This document shows positions 6,668 to 16,244 of a stretch of DNA of 51,645 bases, piece by piece. The notes below the pieces were generated by a model that did not search any database, was not told the origin of the DNA, and saw nothing but the letters and a program-made list of their open reading frames with translations. The stretch spans positions 1 to 51,645 of the IMG/VR virus record IMGVR_UViG_3300023232_000001. One strand, 5' to 3'. Source of the DNA: a virus (Duplodnaviria > Caudoviricetes). The number at the start of each line of letters is the position of its first letter. Positions within the stretch are counted from its first letter, which is position 1. The translations under genes were made by a program, and so were the position numbers.

Positions 6668-7705
6668 GTGGAATATGTAAATGACATTAGCATCAATGAA
6701 GCGGTTATTCATGTGCTAGATAGTAATGGTGAAGAGCCAATACTTAATGAATATAGCTTGGAATTGGATGAAGATACGTATAGATATATATATAGGCACA
6801 TAGAAAAATGTTTAAAAGATGATGATCTTAAGTATGCAAAGTTTAATCAAGAAATAAATATAGTCAAAGAAGTTGTAGAAGACTATTTAAATGGAATAGA
6901 CAGTGATTTGATTAAGTTATCTAAGGAGTTTGCTAGGCAATTGTTCACAATAATGAAGGGGAATGTAAATATACCTCCAGGAGATTTAATAATAGTATCA
7001 ATAACAACAGATCAAGGGCCTATGGTTGCAATACTCAAAATGGATTATGTTAAGAATTTCACCCATGATATTAAATTTGTAAATGAAAAGATAGGTGTAG
7101 GAATAATACCACAGGTTGCAGGGCTTCCTGGTAAAGGTCAAAAGATTCAGAAGGCGGCTTTCATTAAACCTATAAGGCAAGATGAAACATACAATTTATT
7201 CATCTTAGATAAGCAAAAGTCTAGTAAAGAGGATGAATATGGAGCTAACTACTTTATAAATACATTTTTAGATGCAAGTTTAATCACAAACGAAAGAGAT
7301 ATGACAAAGACTTTTTTAAGAGCATCTGAAAATTGGACTAGAAAAAATGTAACAGAAGATGCAGCTAAAGCAGAAACTATTAGAACTACAATTAAAACTA
7401 AGTTGAAGGAAGAAGATACTATAGACATAGAATCTTTGTCAGAAGAACTTTTTAGTGAAGCTCCACAAGTAAAAGAAGACTTCTCAAATTATATAAAACA
7501 ACATGGATTAAATGAAGTTGTAGCAATTGATAAAATTTGGGTAGATAAAAAACTCAGAAGAACAAGGCTGAATATTGATAGGCAGATAGATTTATATATT
7601 AACGATGATATTTATCATGATTCTAGTAAGTTCGAAATTCAAAGAAATGGTGATGGAACTATAAATATAACAATTAAAAATGTTTTGAATTATATAGAAA
7701 AGTAA
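6668..7705 (+). CDS. Nucleoid-associated protein (YejK/NdpA-like family)
   Basis: INEAVIHVLD, AILKMDY, QKIQKAAFI, ANYFINTFL motifs; 345 aa. Confidence 0.75.
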   Translation: MEYVNDISINEAVIHVLDSNGEEPILNEYSLELDEDTYRYIYRHIEKCLKDDDLKYAKFNQEINIVKEVVEDYLNGIDSDLIKLSKEFARQLFTIMKGNVNIPPGDLIIVSITTDQGPMVAILKMDYVKNFTHDIKFVNEKIGVGIIPQVAGLPGKGQKIQKAAFIKPIRQDETYNLFILDKQKSSKEDEYGANYFINTFLDASLITNERDMTKTFLRASENWTRKNVTEDAAKAETIRTTIKTKLKEEDTIDIESLSEELFSEAPQVKEDFSNYIKQHGLNEVVAIDKIWVDKKLRRTRLNIDRQIDLYINDDIYHDSSKFEIQRNGDGTINITIKNVLNYIEK

Positions 7706-7773
7706 ACAAATATTAAAAATAAGAGGCAGCAGAAGATAAAAGATATGGATATTGTGAATTTTGAATAATAGGA

Positions 7774-8496
7774 GTGTTTGATATGTCTGCCAAGAAATTA
7801 AAAGAGAATATTTTAGAAGGCCAAATTAATTTATTCGACCTTCCAATTCAAGAAATTATTAAACCTAAGGAACCAGTTACGAAGTGTGTACCAGAGGGAA
7901 ATAATTTTAATGAAATTATAAGTCTTTATGAGAAAAGTTGCAATAGAATTGTTAAACAAGTTTGCGGAGCCTTAATAATTGAACTTGAAGATAGAACGTT
8001 ATATTTCAATAAGCAAGGTGTAAATGAACTTGAATTAAAAAAAGATATGGACCTTCTACCTGCAGATGAAATTTTAATAGTTAACAAAGATAAAGAGCTT
8101 AATGATCTGCAACTTAAAAAGTTAAAAGATATTAATACAGAAAAATACATTAAGAGAAAAGGTGATGCAAATATCATAGTTCCACTGGAGGATAAAACTA
8201 TAGTTATAAATCCTAAAGGTTGGGTTATTGAATATGAACAAAAGCCTAAATATCACCCAAATGAGCTTTTTATGATCGAAATGGCTAAAGAAATCACAGA
8301 TTTGGCTACTAAGAGTACAAAAGTGGATACAAATATCACAGAATTTGCAATTAATGATTCTGTAGAAATTGAATATCAGGGAATCAAAAGCACAGGCAAA
8401 GTAGTAAGAGTTTACAACAATGGTGAAACAATAAATGTAGCTTGGGAAGGCAAAAGGACAGCATTTTACTACAAGTCAGTAAAAAAAGTATCTTAA
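7774..8496 (+). CDS. Hypothetical phage protein
   Basis: 240-aa ORF; N-terminal GQINLF resembles a clamp-binding motif. Confidence 0.65.
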   Translation: MFDMSAKKLKENILEGQINLFDLPIQEIIKPKEPVTKCVPEGNNFNEIISLYEKSCNRIVKQVCGALIIELEDRTLYFNKQGVNELELKKDMDLLPADEILIVNKDKELNDLQLKKLKDINTEKYIKRKGDANIIVPLEDKTIVINPKGWVIEYEQKPKYHPNELFMIEMAKEITDLATKSTKVDTNITEFAINDSVEIEYQGIKSTGKVVRVYNNGETINVAWEGKRTAFYYKSVKKVS

Positions 8497-8614
8497 AGCT
8501 AAATATGCAGGATTAACAAAAATGGGATTACAAACGTTAAGGTTGAAACTGCAATTTAATAAAAAGAGGGGGACTTCACTCCCTCAAAAAATTATATTTT
8601 AAGGTGGGATTAGC

Positions 8615-8989
8615 ATGGCTATACCGAAAAAAGTAATTGAATTTTTAGAGAAAAATAAAGATAAATTAAGGACACAAATTATAAAGGATATGAGGATAAA
8701 GTTTAATTATAAAAAATCAACGGCAATGACATATTATTCTCTTTATTATAAAAATACAGATGTAAAAGCTAAAATATTCGATTTTTTAGAAGAAAATCCA
8801 GAAGCAGTAACAAACAATGTTATTAAAAAATATATAGAAAAATTAGGGGTTACAAAAACCACATATTTGAAATATAAAGGTGAATATATGAATGGGAATA
8901 ATATAGAAATACTTGAAAATAAAATTGAAGATTACAAGGGCAGAGCTAGAGAGACATTTAAATTTGATGACAGTAGATTGTATGGATAA
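8615..8989 (+). CDS. Hypothetical protein, two HTH-like repeats
   Basis: IEFLEKN..KSTAMTY / FDFLEEN..KTTYLKY. Confidence 0.6.
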   Translation: MAIPKKVIEFLEKNKDKLRTQIIKDMRIKFNYKKSTAMTYYSLYYKNTDVKAKIFDFLEENPEAVTNNVIKKYIEKLGVTKTTYLKYKGEYMNGNNIEILENKIEDYKGRARETFKFDDSRLYG

Positions 8990-8992
8990 GAG

Positions 8993-9265
8993 GTGTTCGA
9001 AATGTTAAATCTCGAAGAGATACTTAAGGGTAATAAAGTAAATAAAACAAAGGAATATAAATTCAGCGAAGCATTGCAAGAACTTTTAGATAAAAGCAAC
9101 ATCATTATAACAAGTAAAAAAACTGGAGATAGTTATATAGTTTATAAATTAAAAGAAAAAATAAAACTGAAATTTTATAATTCTGTTATTGGAACATGGC
9201 AAATATGTAGCTTTCTTTCACCAGATGAAATCTTAGATAGCTGGTATGTAACCCAAATAGGTTAA
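8993..9265 (+). CDS. Hypothetical phage protein
   Basis: ORF in operon. Confidence 0.6.
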   Translation: MFEMLNLEEILKGNKVNKTKEYKFSEALQELLDKSNIIITSKKTGDSYIVYKLKEKIKLKFYNSVIGTWQICSFLSPDEILDSWYVTQIG

Positions 9266-9296
9266 GTATTAATAATAAAAATGTGAGGTGATATTA

Positions 9297-9515
9297 ATGT
9301 CAAATGAAGAGAATAGACCAGGATATAAAGCAATTTGTTGTGAATGTGGACATGTATTTCATGCATGTAAATCTATAGCTCAAGATATGGGCGTTTCTGA
9401 TGCAGGATGTGGAAGTTGTCCTGAATGTAAAACCTTTTTAAATTTAACTTTTGATGAAGAGAATAAAGAAATGAAAACTATGGAATGGCAGAAATATTTA
9501 AGTTCTAGGCCATAA
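9297..9515 (+). CDS. Small zinc-ribbon protein
   Basis: CCEC and CPEC pairs; RBS GAGGTG. Confidence 0.65.
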   Translation: MSNEENRPGYKAICCECGHVFHACKSIAQDMGVSDAGCGSCPECKTFLNLTFDEENKEMKTMEWQKYLSSRP

Positions 9516-9542
9516 TATTTAGAATTAGTGGAAGGTGATTTT

Positions 9543-10052
9543 ATGGAGATATATGATTTTTATATAACACCAGAAGAATATGAAATTGCAGAGAAAAATG
9601 GAATAAGCAGACAGATGGTAAACAATAGAGTTAGATCATTAGGTTGGAATAAGGAGATAGCATTAACTCAAGAGCCTAATGTTAGAAAGATGTTAGATAA
9701 AGAACTAGTGAAGAAAGCAGAAGAGAATGGAATTGGGAGAGAAACTCTTAGATATAGGATTAATCATGGATGGAATTTAGAAGATGTAGCAACAATTCCA
9801 CCAGTAGATACAACGGAATTAATGAAAAAATTAGGGAAAAAATCAAGAAAATATCCCATGGAACTAATTGAACTAGCAAAATCTAATGGGATAAGTATAA
9901 AGACTTTTTATGAAAGAATTCATACTTACAAATGGGATGTTGATAAAGCAGCAAATACGCCATTAATAATAGGAAAAGAAAGAGCATTAATGGGAGCAAA
10001 GGCATATAGGAAAATTTATGGAAAACCATTTGGGAATGTATCAAGAATTTAA
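9543..10052 (+). CDS. Phage protein with three HTH-like repeats
   Basis: Three copies of A..NGI....R....W....A..P. Confidence 0.7.
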   Translation: MEIYDFYITPEEYEIAEKNGISRQMVNNRVRSLGWNKEIALTQEPNVRKMLDKELVKKAEENGIGRETLRYRINHGWNLEDVATIPPVDTTELMKKLGKKSRKYPMELIELAKSNGISIKTFYERIHTYKWDVDKAANTPLIIGKERALMGAKAYRKIYGKPFGNVSRI

Positions 10053-10075
10053 TAGATGAAAGTGAGGAATATAAG

Positions 10076-10249
10076 ATGTTTGATAATAAAGAATTAACAA
10101 AAATAATGAGTATGGCAGTAAATGAAAGCGTAAATATCCAAAGGGAAATAAATGAATGTGATAATGATTTAGAAAAAGAATCATTGGAAAGAGGTTTAGT
10201 GGTAGTAAATGCTATAGGTGAAAAAGTATCTAAAATTATTAATAGGTAG
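10076..10249 (+). CDS. Hypothetical protein, 57 aa
   Basis: Not in ORF track; RBS GAGGA; MFDNKELTKIMSM.. Confidence 0.6.
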   Translation: MFDNKELTKIMSMAVNESVNIQREINECDNDLEKESLERGLVVVNAIGEKVSKIINR

Positions 10250-10270
10250 TGTAGATTGGAGTAGATCTAG

Positions 10271-10432
10271 ATGATTTCAAATGAAGATTTTAAGAAATTA
10301 TGTGAAATAGATGAAAAGATGCTTAATAATAAAATTGTTACAACTGAAGAATTACAAGAAAGAACTAGAATTATAAAAGAATTTAATAGAGAAATAGATA
10401 AAGCATATTTAAAAAATTCGAAAATAATTTAA
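10271..10432 (+). CDS. Hypothetical protein, 53 aa
   Basis: Not in ORF track; RBS GGAG; MISNEDFKKLCEID..; stop abuts cassette motif. Confidence 0.6.
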   Translation: MISNEDFKKLCEIDEKMLNNKIVTTEELQERTRIIKEFNREIDKAYLKNSKII

Positions 10433-10462
10433 TGCGTAATGCGTTTAAAGCAGGGTGATAGT

Positions 10463-10768
10463 GTGAAGCTTAAAGAGGAACTTAATAAATATTCCAAAGA
10501 AGCAATAATAGAAGCTGTAGTTAATTCAGGAATATTTATACTAAGAGGTAAAGAAATTTTAGATGAAGTCATAACTAAAGAAATAGATTTGTTGTATAAA
10601 AAGCAAGAAGAATTATTAACAGTAAAAGATGATCCTATTAAAAGTAATATGTCTGCCAAAGAATGTTTAAAGGTGATTGAGCAAAGACAAGCAAGGCATA
10701 AAAAATATATGAATATATCAAAACAAACTCAAAAATTACAAGATAAATTGTATGGTAAATATTCGTAA
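10463..10768 (+). CDS. Hypothetical coiled-coil protein
   Basis: GTG after AGGGTG; flanked by two boundary motifs. Confidence 0.6.
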   Translation: MKLKEELNKYSKEAIIEAVVNSGIFILRGKEILDEVITKEIDLLYKKQEELLTVKDDPIKSNMSAKECLKVIEQRQARHKKYMNISKQTQKLQDKLYGKYS

Positions 10769-10803
10769 TGTGTAGAAAGTACGTAGCACCAGGAGGTGAA
10801 AAA

Positions 10804-12189
10804 GTGGGATTAAAATTTGTAGATATGTTTTGCGGAATAGGCACTATAAGAATGGGATTTGAACAAGCTGGATGGGAATGTGTCTATTCAATAGAATGGG
10901 ACAAACATAAAAGGAGGATGTATGATGCTATCTTTGGGAAAGAGCCAGAAGGGGCAGATATTAGGACAATTAGACATGATGACATACCTAGCGCAGATTG
11001 CTGGACATTCGGAGCACCATGTCAAGACTTCTCAATTGCTGGAAATAGAGAAGGGCTTGAAGGAGATAGAAGTTCCCTTGTCAGAGAAGTATTTAGACTC
11101 GTTAGGGAAACTAAAGAAGAATATAGACCCCAATGGCTGCTCTATGAAAATGTTAAAGGAATGTTGTCTAGCAATAAAGGACTTGACTACCTCGAAATAC
11201 TCATTGAAATGGAGTCACTTGGGTACGATATTGAATGGCAATTGCTCAACACAAAATATTATGGAGTTCCACAAAACAGGGAAAGAGTGTTCACTCTTGG
11301 ACATCTTAGAGGCAGAGGTGGACGAAAAATATTTCCTATCAGAGGAATTACAGAATCGTCTGACATTAAGGTGATAGGAACTACTGCTGAATCAACAGTA
11401 AGAGAAGATGGTTCTATAATAATGGATAAGTCAACTAGAGCATGGGTACATGATACATCAGGAATTGTTGGTGCATTGGGTGCAATGGAGTATAAACAAC
11501 CAAAACAAATAATGGTTAATGGTCAAGTAAGCTCAGATAAAAGTCAGGCAGGAAAAATTTATAATGCAGATGGTATATTTCCAACAATATGTGCAGGAAC
11601 CCATGGTTATGCTAATGGATTGATTCAAATTGGAGAATTAGATTTAGAAGGATATAATGATTCGTCTAAAAGGGTTTATTCTAGTGATGGAATTGGAAGA
11701 ACTTTAATGGGCGGAGGTGGCTGTGCAAACGATAAAACAGGATTATATATGGTAAGAGCTGTTTTAACTCCTAACAGAATTAAAAAAAGACAAAATGGCA
11801 GAAGGTTTAAGGAACCAGGAGAACCAATGTTTACACTTACAAAGCAAGACGTTCATGGCGTAATGATTACAGAAGCTACTAAGAAAGGCTATGCAAAGGC
11901 TTATGAGGGTGACAGTATTAATTTAACAATGCCCAATAGTAAAACAAGACGTGGAAGAGTAGGTAGGAGAATTGCCAATACATTAGATACTAGTTGTAAT
12001 CAGGGTACTTTAAAACAAGGAAGAATTAGACGGTTAACTCCAAGAGAATGTATGAGATTGCAAGGTGTTTCAGACGAAGTAACAGACAAGCTTATAGCAG
12101 CAAAAATAAGTGATACGCAAATGTATAAAGGTGCTGGTGAGGCATGTACAGTGAATGTCGTTTATGAGATAGCAAAGAAATTAAAGTAA
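10804..12189 (+). CDS. DNA (cytosine-5)-methyltransferase
   Basis: FCGIG, PCQDFS, ENVKG, PQNRERVF, RRLTPRECMRLQG; long variable region; start refined to GTG after GGAGGTG. Confidence 0.95.
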   Translation: MGLKFVDMFCGIGTIRMGFEQAGWECVYSIEWDKHKRRMYDAIFGKEPEGADIRTIRHDDIPSADCWTFGAPCQDFSIAGNREGLEGDRSSLVREVFRLVRETKEEYRPQWLLYENVKGMLSSNKGLDYLEILIEMESLGYDIEWQLLNTKYYGVPQNRERVFTLGHLRGRGGRKIFPIRGITESSDIKVIGTTAESTVREDGSIIMDKSTRAWVHDTSGIVGALGAMEYKQPKQIMVNGQVSSDKSQAGKIYNADGIFPTICAGTHGYANGLIQIGELDLEGYNDSSKRVYSSDGIGRTLMGGGGCANDKTGLYMVRAVLTPNRIKKRQNGRRFKEPGEPMFTLTKQDVHGVMITEATKKGYAKAYEGDSINLTMPNSKTRRGRVGRRIANTLDTSCNQGTLKQGRIRRLTPRECMRLQGVSDEVTDKLIAAKISDTQMYKGAGEACTVNVVYEIAKKLK

Positions 12190-12228
12190 TTCGTAATACT
12201 AAGATTAAAAATAGAAAGGAAGATTTAT

Positions 12229-12594
12229 ATGAGAGAAATATTATTCAGAGGTAAAGATAAATTGGGTATTTGGCATTATGGATATTTACATGCTGATACT
12301 ATAACAGGAGCAGATGGGTATTATATAAATTCAAGAATAAGTGTTAATAATCCTGATTTTGTAGAGGTTGATGAATCAAGTGTAGGACAATCTACAGAAA
12401 TCAATGACATTGATGGGGATAGTATATTTGAAAGAATGACAGTAAATCAAAAAGGAACTGTTACTGGAGACGATACTGATTTTACTGGTGAAGTTGAAAT
12501 GTTAGAAGGCTGTTGGGTTATAAACAACCATAAAGATAATGCTATACCTTTATGGAGTGAAACGGCAGAAAACAAAATTTTAAGTGATATTTAG
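12229..12594 (+). CDS. YopX-family protein (copy A)
   Basis: MREILFRGK..W.YG..VGQ.T..DIDG..IFE. Confidence 0.8.
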   Translation: MREILFRGKDKLGIWHYGYLHADTITGADGYYINSRISVNNPDFVEVDESSVGQSTEINDIDGDSIFERMTVNQKGTVTGDDTDFTGEVEMLEGCWVINNHKDNAIPLWSETAENKILSDI

Positions 12595-12623
12595 TACACA
12601 ATACTAATATGGGAGGTAAATAA

Positions 12624-13010
12624 ATGAGTAGAGAAATTAAGTTTAGAGCATGGATTAAAAACAATAAGAGAATGGAAAGATGCATTGAAGTTAATCCGTT
12701 TTATATAGGCGATTGTGATAGATTTCATTGGAAGCATGAAGAAGTTGAACTTATGCAATATACAGGCTTAAAAGATAAGAATGATAAGGAAATATATGAG
12801 GGAGATATTATTGATGCTAGCTATATAAATCCTATGAGCAATGAAGTCATTAAAAAACATTATTTAATAGAATATGGCGAAGGTCAATACAAAGCCAAAT
12901 TAATAGGTTCAAGCCCTTATGGAGATACATGGATTAATTTTATAAATGAAAAAGGAACGGTTATAGCAAATATTTATGAGAATCCAGAGTTACTAGAAAG
13001 TGAGAAATAA
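12624..13010 (+). CDS. YopX-family protein
   Basis: REIKFRAW..LMQYTGLKDKNDKEIYEGDI..NIYENPELL. Confidence 0.9.
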   Translation: MSREIKFRAWIKNNKRMERCIEVNPFYIGDCDRFHWKHEEVELMQYTGLKDKNDKEIYEGDIIDASYINPMSNEVIKKHYLIEYGEGQYKAKLIGSSPYGDTWINFINEKGTVIANIYENPELLESEK

Positions 13011-13012
13011 CA

Positions 13013-13216
13013 ATGAATATAGGATTAATGATTGCTACAGAAAGAACTAAACAGAATTTATCTACAAAAAAGTTAGCAGAAGCAGCTGGATGCACTTCAA
13101 GAGCTATTGAATATTGGGAAAATGGCAAAAGAGGGATAAGCCTTGAATATGCAGATAAAATATTTAAAGCACTGGGAAAAACAATTACTATTGGTGTTAA
13201 AAATGATGAACAATAG
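13013..13216 (+). CDS. XRE-family HTH protein
   Basis: LSTKKLAEAAGCTSRAIEYWENGKR. Confidence 0.85.
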   Translation: MNIGLMIATERTKQNLSTKKLAEAAGCTSRAIEYWENGKRGISLEYADKIFKALGKTITIGVKNDEQ

Positions 13217-13254
13217 TTCGTAATACTACTATTTTAATAGAAAGGAAGATTTAT

Positions 13255-13617
13255 ATGAGAGAAATATTATTTAGAGGTAAAGATAGATTAGGTATTTGGC
13301 ATTATGGATATTTACATGCTGATACTATAACAGGAGCAGATAAGTATTATATAAATTCAAGAATAAGCGTTAATAATCCTGATTTCATGGAAGTTGATAA
13401 ATCAAGCATAGGACAATTTACAGGAGCCAATGACATTGATGGGGATAGTATATTTGAAAGAATGACAGTAAATCAAAAATCATCAGTACTTGGTGATGAA
13501 GATGTTAATTTTACTGGTGAAGTTAAATTTTATGATGGTTGTTTTTGGATTGATAATGGAAAAGATGCAATTCTTTTGTGTAATGAAATACGTGAAAACA
13601 AAATAATAGAAGATTAA
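13255..13617 (+). CDS. YopX-family protein (copy B, paralog of 12229)
   Basis: Near-identical N-terminal half and RBS region to copy A. Confidence 0.8.
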   Translation: MREILFRGKDRLGIWHYGYLHADTITGADKYYINSRISVNNPDFMEVDKSSIGQFTGANDIDGDSIFERMTVNQKSSVLGDEDVNFTGEVKFYDGCFWIDNGKDAILLCNEIRENKIIED

Positions 13618-13651
13618 TGCACAATACTAAAGTGCAAGGAGGGATAGAGAG

Positions 13652-14113
13652 ATGAATATAAATGAAATGGCTAAAACAATGACAAGAAGTGAATTCATGA
13701 ACTGGTATGAAGATTTTAGTGAACAGCTTTGTCCGGTTAGCTTTAATATAGAACAAACTACAATTACAGATGAAGAAAGGTGCAAAAAATATAACGGAAA
13801 CTGTATTGATTGCATTGAAGAAGCAATTAAAAATATTAAATTTGTGGATGGTATAAAATTAAAAGGTGAGATAAAGCTAGGACAACATACAACTAATAAA
13901 GATGATTATTGGATTTATGATAATGATGGATTAATCTGCGGATCATTAGGAATAAATGAAGATAAAGTTAAAGAGTTAATTAAAAGAGCAAATAAAGAAA
14001 TACCTATGGAAGTAATAAAAATTAAAGGTGTGTCAAGTCAAGCATGTCCAGTGTGCAAATATAATGTAAATTGGAATTATTGTTCTAATTGTGGCCAAAG
14101 GATTAAATATTAA
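13652..14113 (+). CDS. Hypothetical protein with C-terminal zinc ribbon
   Basis: CPVC..YCSNCGQRI. Confidence 0.7.
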   Translation: MNINEMAKTMTRSEFMNWYEDFSEQLCPVSFNIEQTTITDEERCKKYNGNCIDCIEEAIKNIKFVDGIKLKGEIKLGQHTTNKDDYWIYDNDGLICGSLGINEDKVKELIKRANKEIPMEVIKIKGVSSQACPVCKYNVNWNYCSNCGQRIKY

Positions 14114-14170
14114 TTCTACACAATACGATATCAATATGTAGATATCGTGTATTAAATTGGAGGGAAATTT

Positions 14171-14425
14171 ATGAAAGCAAAAAGAGTAAAGGAAATATTA
14201 AAAAATATAAATGAAATATTGAAAGATGTAGATGATGATTTAGAAGTATTCGTAAGAAATTCAGTTAATCCTTGTGGAAACATACAGGAATTAGAGCAGA
14301 TTGAATTATCAACCTATGGCTTCTTTGGAACAAATATACCTTGTTTAATATTAAATACTGACAGTTCTAAGAAGTTGGAAAGAAATGAAAATGATGAAGT
14401 CATTGAATTTATTACAGAAAAGTAA
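14171..14425 (+). CDS. Hypothetical phage protein
   Basis: RBS GGAGGG; between boundary motifs. Confidence 0.65.
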   Translation: MKAKRVKEILKNINEILKDVDDDLEVFVRNSVNPCGNIQELEQIELSTYGFFGTNIPCLILNTDSSKKLERNENDEVIEFITEK

Positions 14426-14470
14426 TTTGATACTACACAATTCTTATAATTGGAGAAGAAAGGGAATATT

Positions 14471-14686
14471 GTGAAAAGTAAAGAAGTGAAGGATTTAATA
14501 AAAGATTGTACAAGCAAAATGAGTATTGACATAGATCGAATACCTAAAGATAAATCAATATTAATAGCAAATGATATAGGTAAAATATTATTGAAACATA
14601 ATTTAGAATTTACATATGGAGGTATCGGTGAAGGCTTTACTGATAAAATATGTGGAATTCAATTTGAAATAAAAGTTGAAGAATAA
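14471..14686 (+). CDS. Hypothetical phage protein
   Basis: GTG after AAGGGA. Confidence 0.6.
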   Translation: MKSKEVKDLIKDCTSKMSIDIDRIPKDKSILIANDIGKILLKHNLEFTYGGIGEGFTDKICGIQFEIKVEE

Positions 14687-14860
14687 AATCAATAAAGTGT
14701 AATAGCAAGCATAGAAAGTGTGTACACACACTTTCTAGAAAAGCAGGATTCGTGTCGGACAAGTCCAACACATCTGTTTAATATTCATTAAAATTTATAA
14801 CTAAGGGTATACCCTTAAACCCAGAACAAATGAATTTTAAAAGTGAAGGTTAGGTAAAGT

Positions 14861-15211
14861 ATGAGATTATTAATGCACATATTAAAGAGAAATAATAAGC
14901 TAAATATCGATAATGAAACCCTTCCAATGGAAGAGATATCAAAAAAGTTAGAAGAAGAATTTAAAGAAGTTGTTGAAGCAGCAGAAAATTATAGCAAAGA
15001 TAAAACATTATCAAATCTGAAAGAAGTAATAAGAGAAACTTTTGATGTTGTACAGATATGTATCCTCCTTTTATGGAGATGTAATAGAGCAGCAAAGGAT
15101 TTTGATTATCCTGAATTACTTGAAGAAATAAATATTCAACATAAAGATAAGTTAATTTCAGAGAGGGAATGGATTATTGAAACTGGTATTGAAATTGATA
15201 TTAAAGAATAA
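14861..15211 (+). CDS. MazG-like all-alpha NTP pyrophosphohydrolase
   Basis: KLEEEFKEV ... RETFDVVQ (EExxE..ExxD pattern). Confidence 0.55.
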   Translation: MRLLMHILKRNNKLNIDNETLPMEEISKKLEEEFKEVVEAAENYSKDKTLSNLKEVIRETFDVVQICILLLWRCNRAAKDFDYPELLEEINIQHKDKLISEREWIIETGIEIDIKE

Positions 15212-15239
15212 AATTTTCAAACAACAGTAGGAGGAAATA

Positions 15240-15452
15240 ATGGTTAAGGAATCTGTGTTAAGAGAGTTAGATTTATCTGTATCTGATACAGATAATGATA
15301 AAAAATATATAAATAAACTAAAAAAAACAGAAGATAAAGTAAAATATTTAAGAATTATTAAGAACTATACCCAAGAAGAAGCAGCAAATTTAATAGGTAT
15401 AAGTACAAGACATGTTCAAAGAATAGAAAAAAAAATAAAAATGTCGTGCTAA
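15240..15452 (+). CDS. Small HTH regulator (sigma region-4/XRE-like)
   Basis: YTQEEAANLIGISTRHVQRIEKK. Confidence 0.75.
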   Translation: MVKESVLRELDLSVSDTDNDKKYINKLKKTEDKVKYLRIIKNYTQEEAANLIGISTRHVQRIEKKIKMSC

Positions 15453-15484
15453 ATGTCGTGTTTATGTCGTGTTCAAAGCACGAC
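15441..15484 (+). repeat. Triple direct repeat ATGTCGTG plus inverted CACGAC
   Basis: Copies at 15441, 15453, 15464; inverted copy at about 15479. Confidence 0.8.
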
Positions 15485-15622
15485 TTTTTTGTTAAGATGA
15501 TTACAATAAGTAATTATACAGGAATTTAAGTCATATTACTGATTAATATTTTTTACAGAATTAAAGGATGTCCCTTTTTATGGTTTGGGTGAACTATACA
15601 CTTTTTGATGGGAGGAATAATC

Positions 15623-16036
15623 TTGAAATCAATAGTAGATAAAGAATTAGTAAAATATTTATATATTGAAGAGGGTCTCATTCCTTCTGAAATAGCAGGT
15701 AGATTAGATTTAAAAATAGATACAGTAAAAAAGTGTATAGAGCGAAATTTAAAAAATTATTTATTGCAACATAAAAGAACTAGATATAAGAAAAAAGAAG
15801 TTGAAAAAGCAATTAATTATGAAGCTATTAGCTGTATGGGTGATAGTGCTTTTATAAAGAAAAATCCAAGCATATATAAAACAATCTCTAATGGAGATAT
15901 AATAGTGAATGTTCCAGAAGAGACTTTACCTTGGGATGTACCCAGAATGTTAAAAAATGATGATAGTAAAGAGCTGTATGAAAAGAGAGTAACTAAAAAA
16001 TATAAGAAGTCAGAAAATGAGCTACTAAGTAATTAG
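15623..16036 (+). CDS. HTH-containing phage protein
   Basis: LYIEEGLIPSEIAGRL..DTVKKCI; TTG after GGAGGA. Confidence 0.65.
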   Translation: MKSIVDKELVKYLYIEEGLIPSEIAGRLDLKIDTVKKCIERNLKNYLLQHKRTRYKKKEVEKAINYEAISCMGDSAFIKKNPSIYKTISNGDIIVNVPEETLPWDVPRMLKNDDSKELYEKRVTKKYKKSENELLSN

Positions 16037-16048
16037 TGGCTCATTTTC
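16014..16048 (+). terminator. Intrinsic terminator
   Basis: AAAATGAGCTACTAA-gtaa-TTAGTGGCTCATTTT. Confidence 0.7.
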
Positions 16049-16076
16049 TTGCATAAATTTAAAGGGGGTTGGGAAT

Positions 16077-16244
16077 ATGACAGTAAAACGTATTTTAAGG
16101 GAAAACGATGTTGGCAGCTATAATAAATTGATGAAAATTAAAGATAAAAAGAAAGATGAGAAATTAAGTGAGCGTGAAATAGAAGAGTTAATGTCTCATT
16201 CTTCCTATAAAAGACATAAGGGTGCGATGAAGCAGGTGAAGTAA
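16077..16244 (+). CDS. 55-aa protein coupled to recombinase
   Basis: Not in ORF track; RBS AAAGGGGG; ..EELMSHSSYKRHKGAMKQVK; TAATG overlap. Confidence 0.65.
   Translation: MTVKRILRENDVGSYNKLMKIKDKKKDEKLSEREIEELMSHSSYKRHKGAMKQVK

Noticed and set aside
10922-11374. 150-aa alternative-frame ORF inside the cytosine methylase
   Set aside because: Fully nested, no clear RBS or recognisable motif; treated as a shadow ORF, although not strictly excluded
10430-14445. Boundary motifs as a CRISPR array or classical attC sites
   Set aside because: Repeats are only about 14 bp, degenerate, spaced by whole genes, with no cas genes and no attC-like long hairpins
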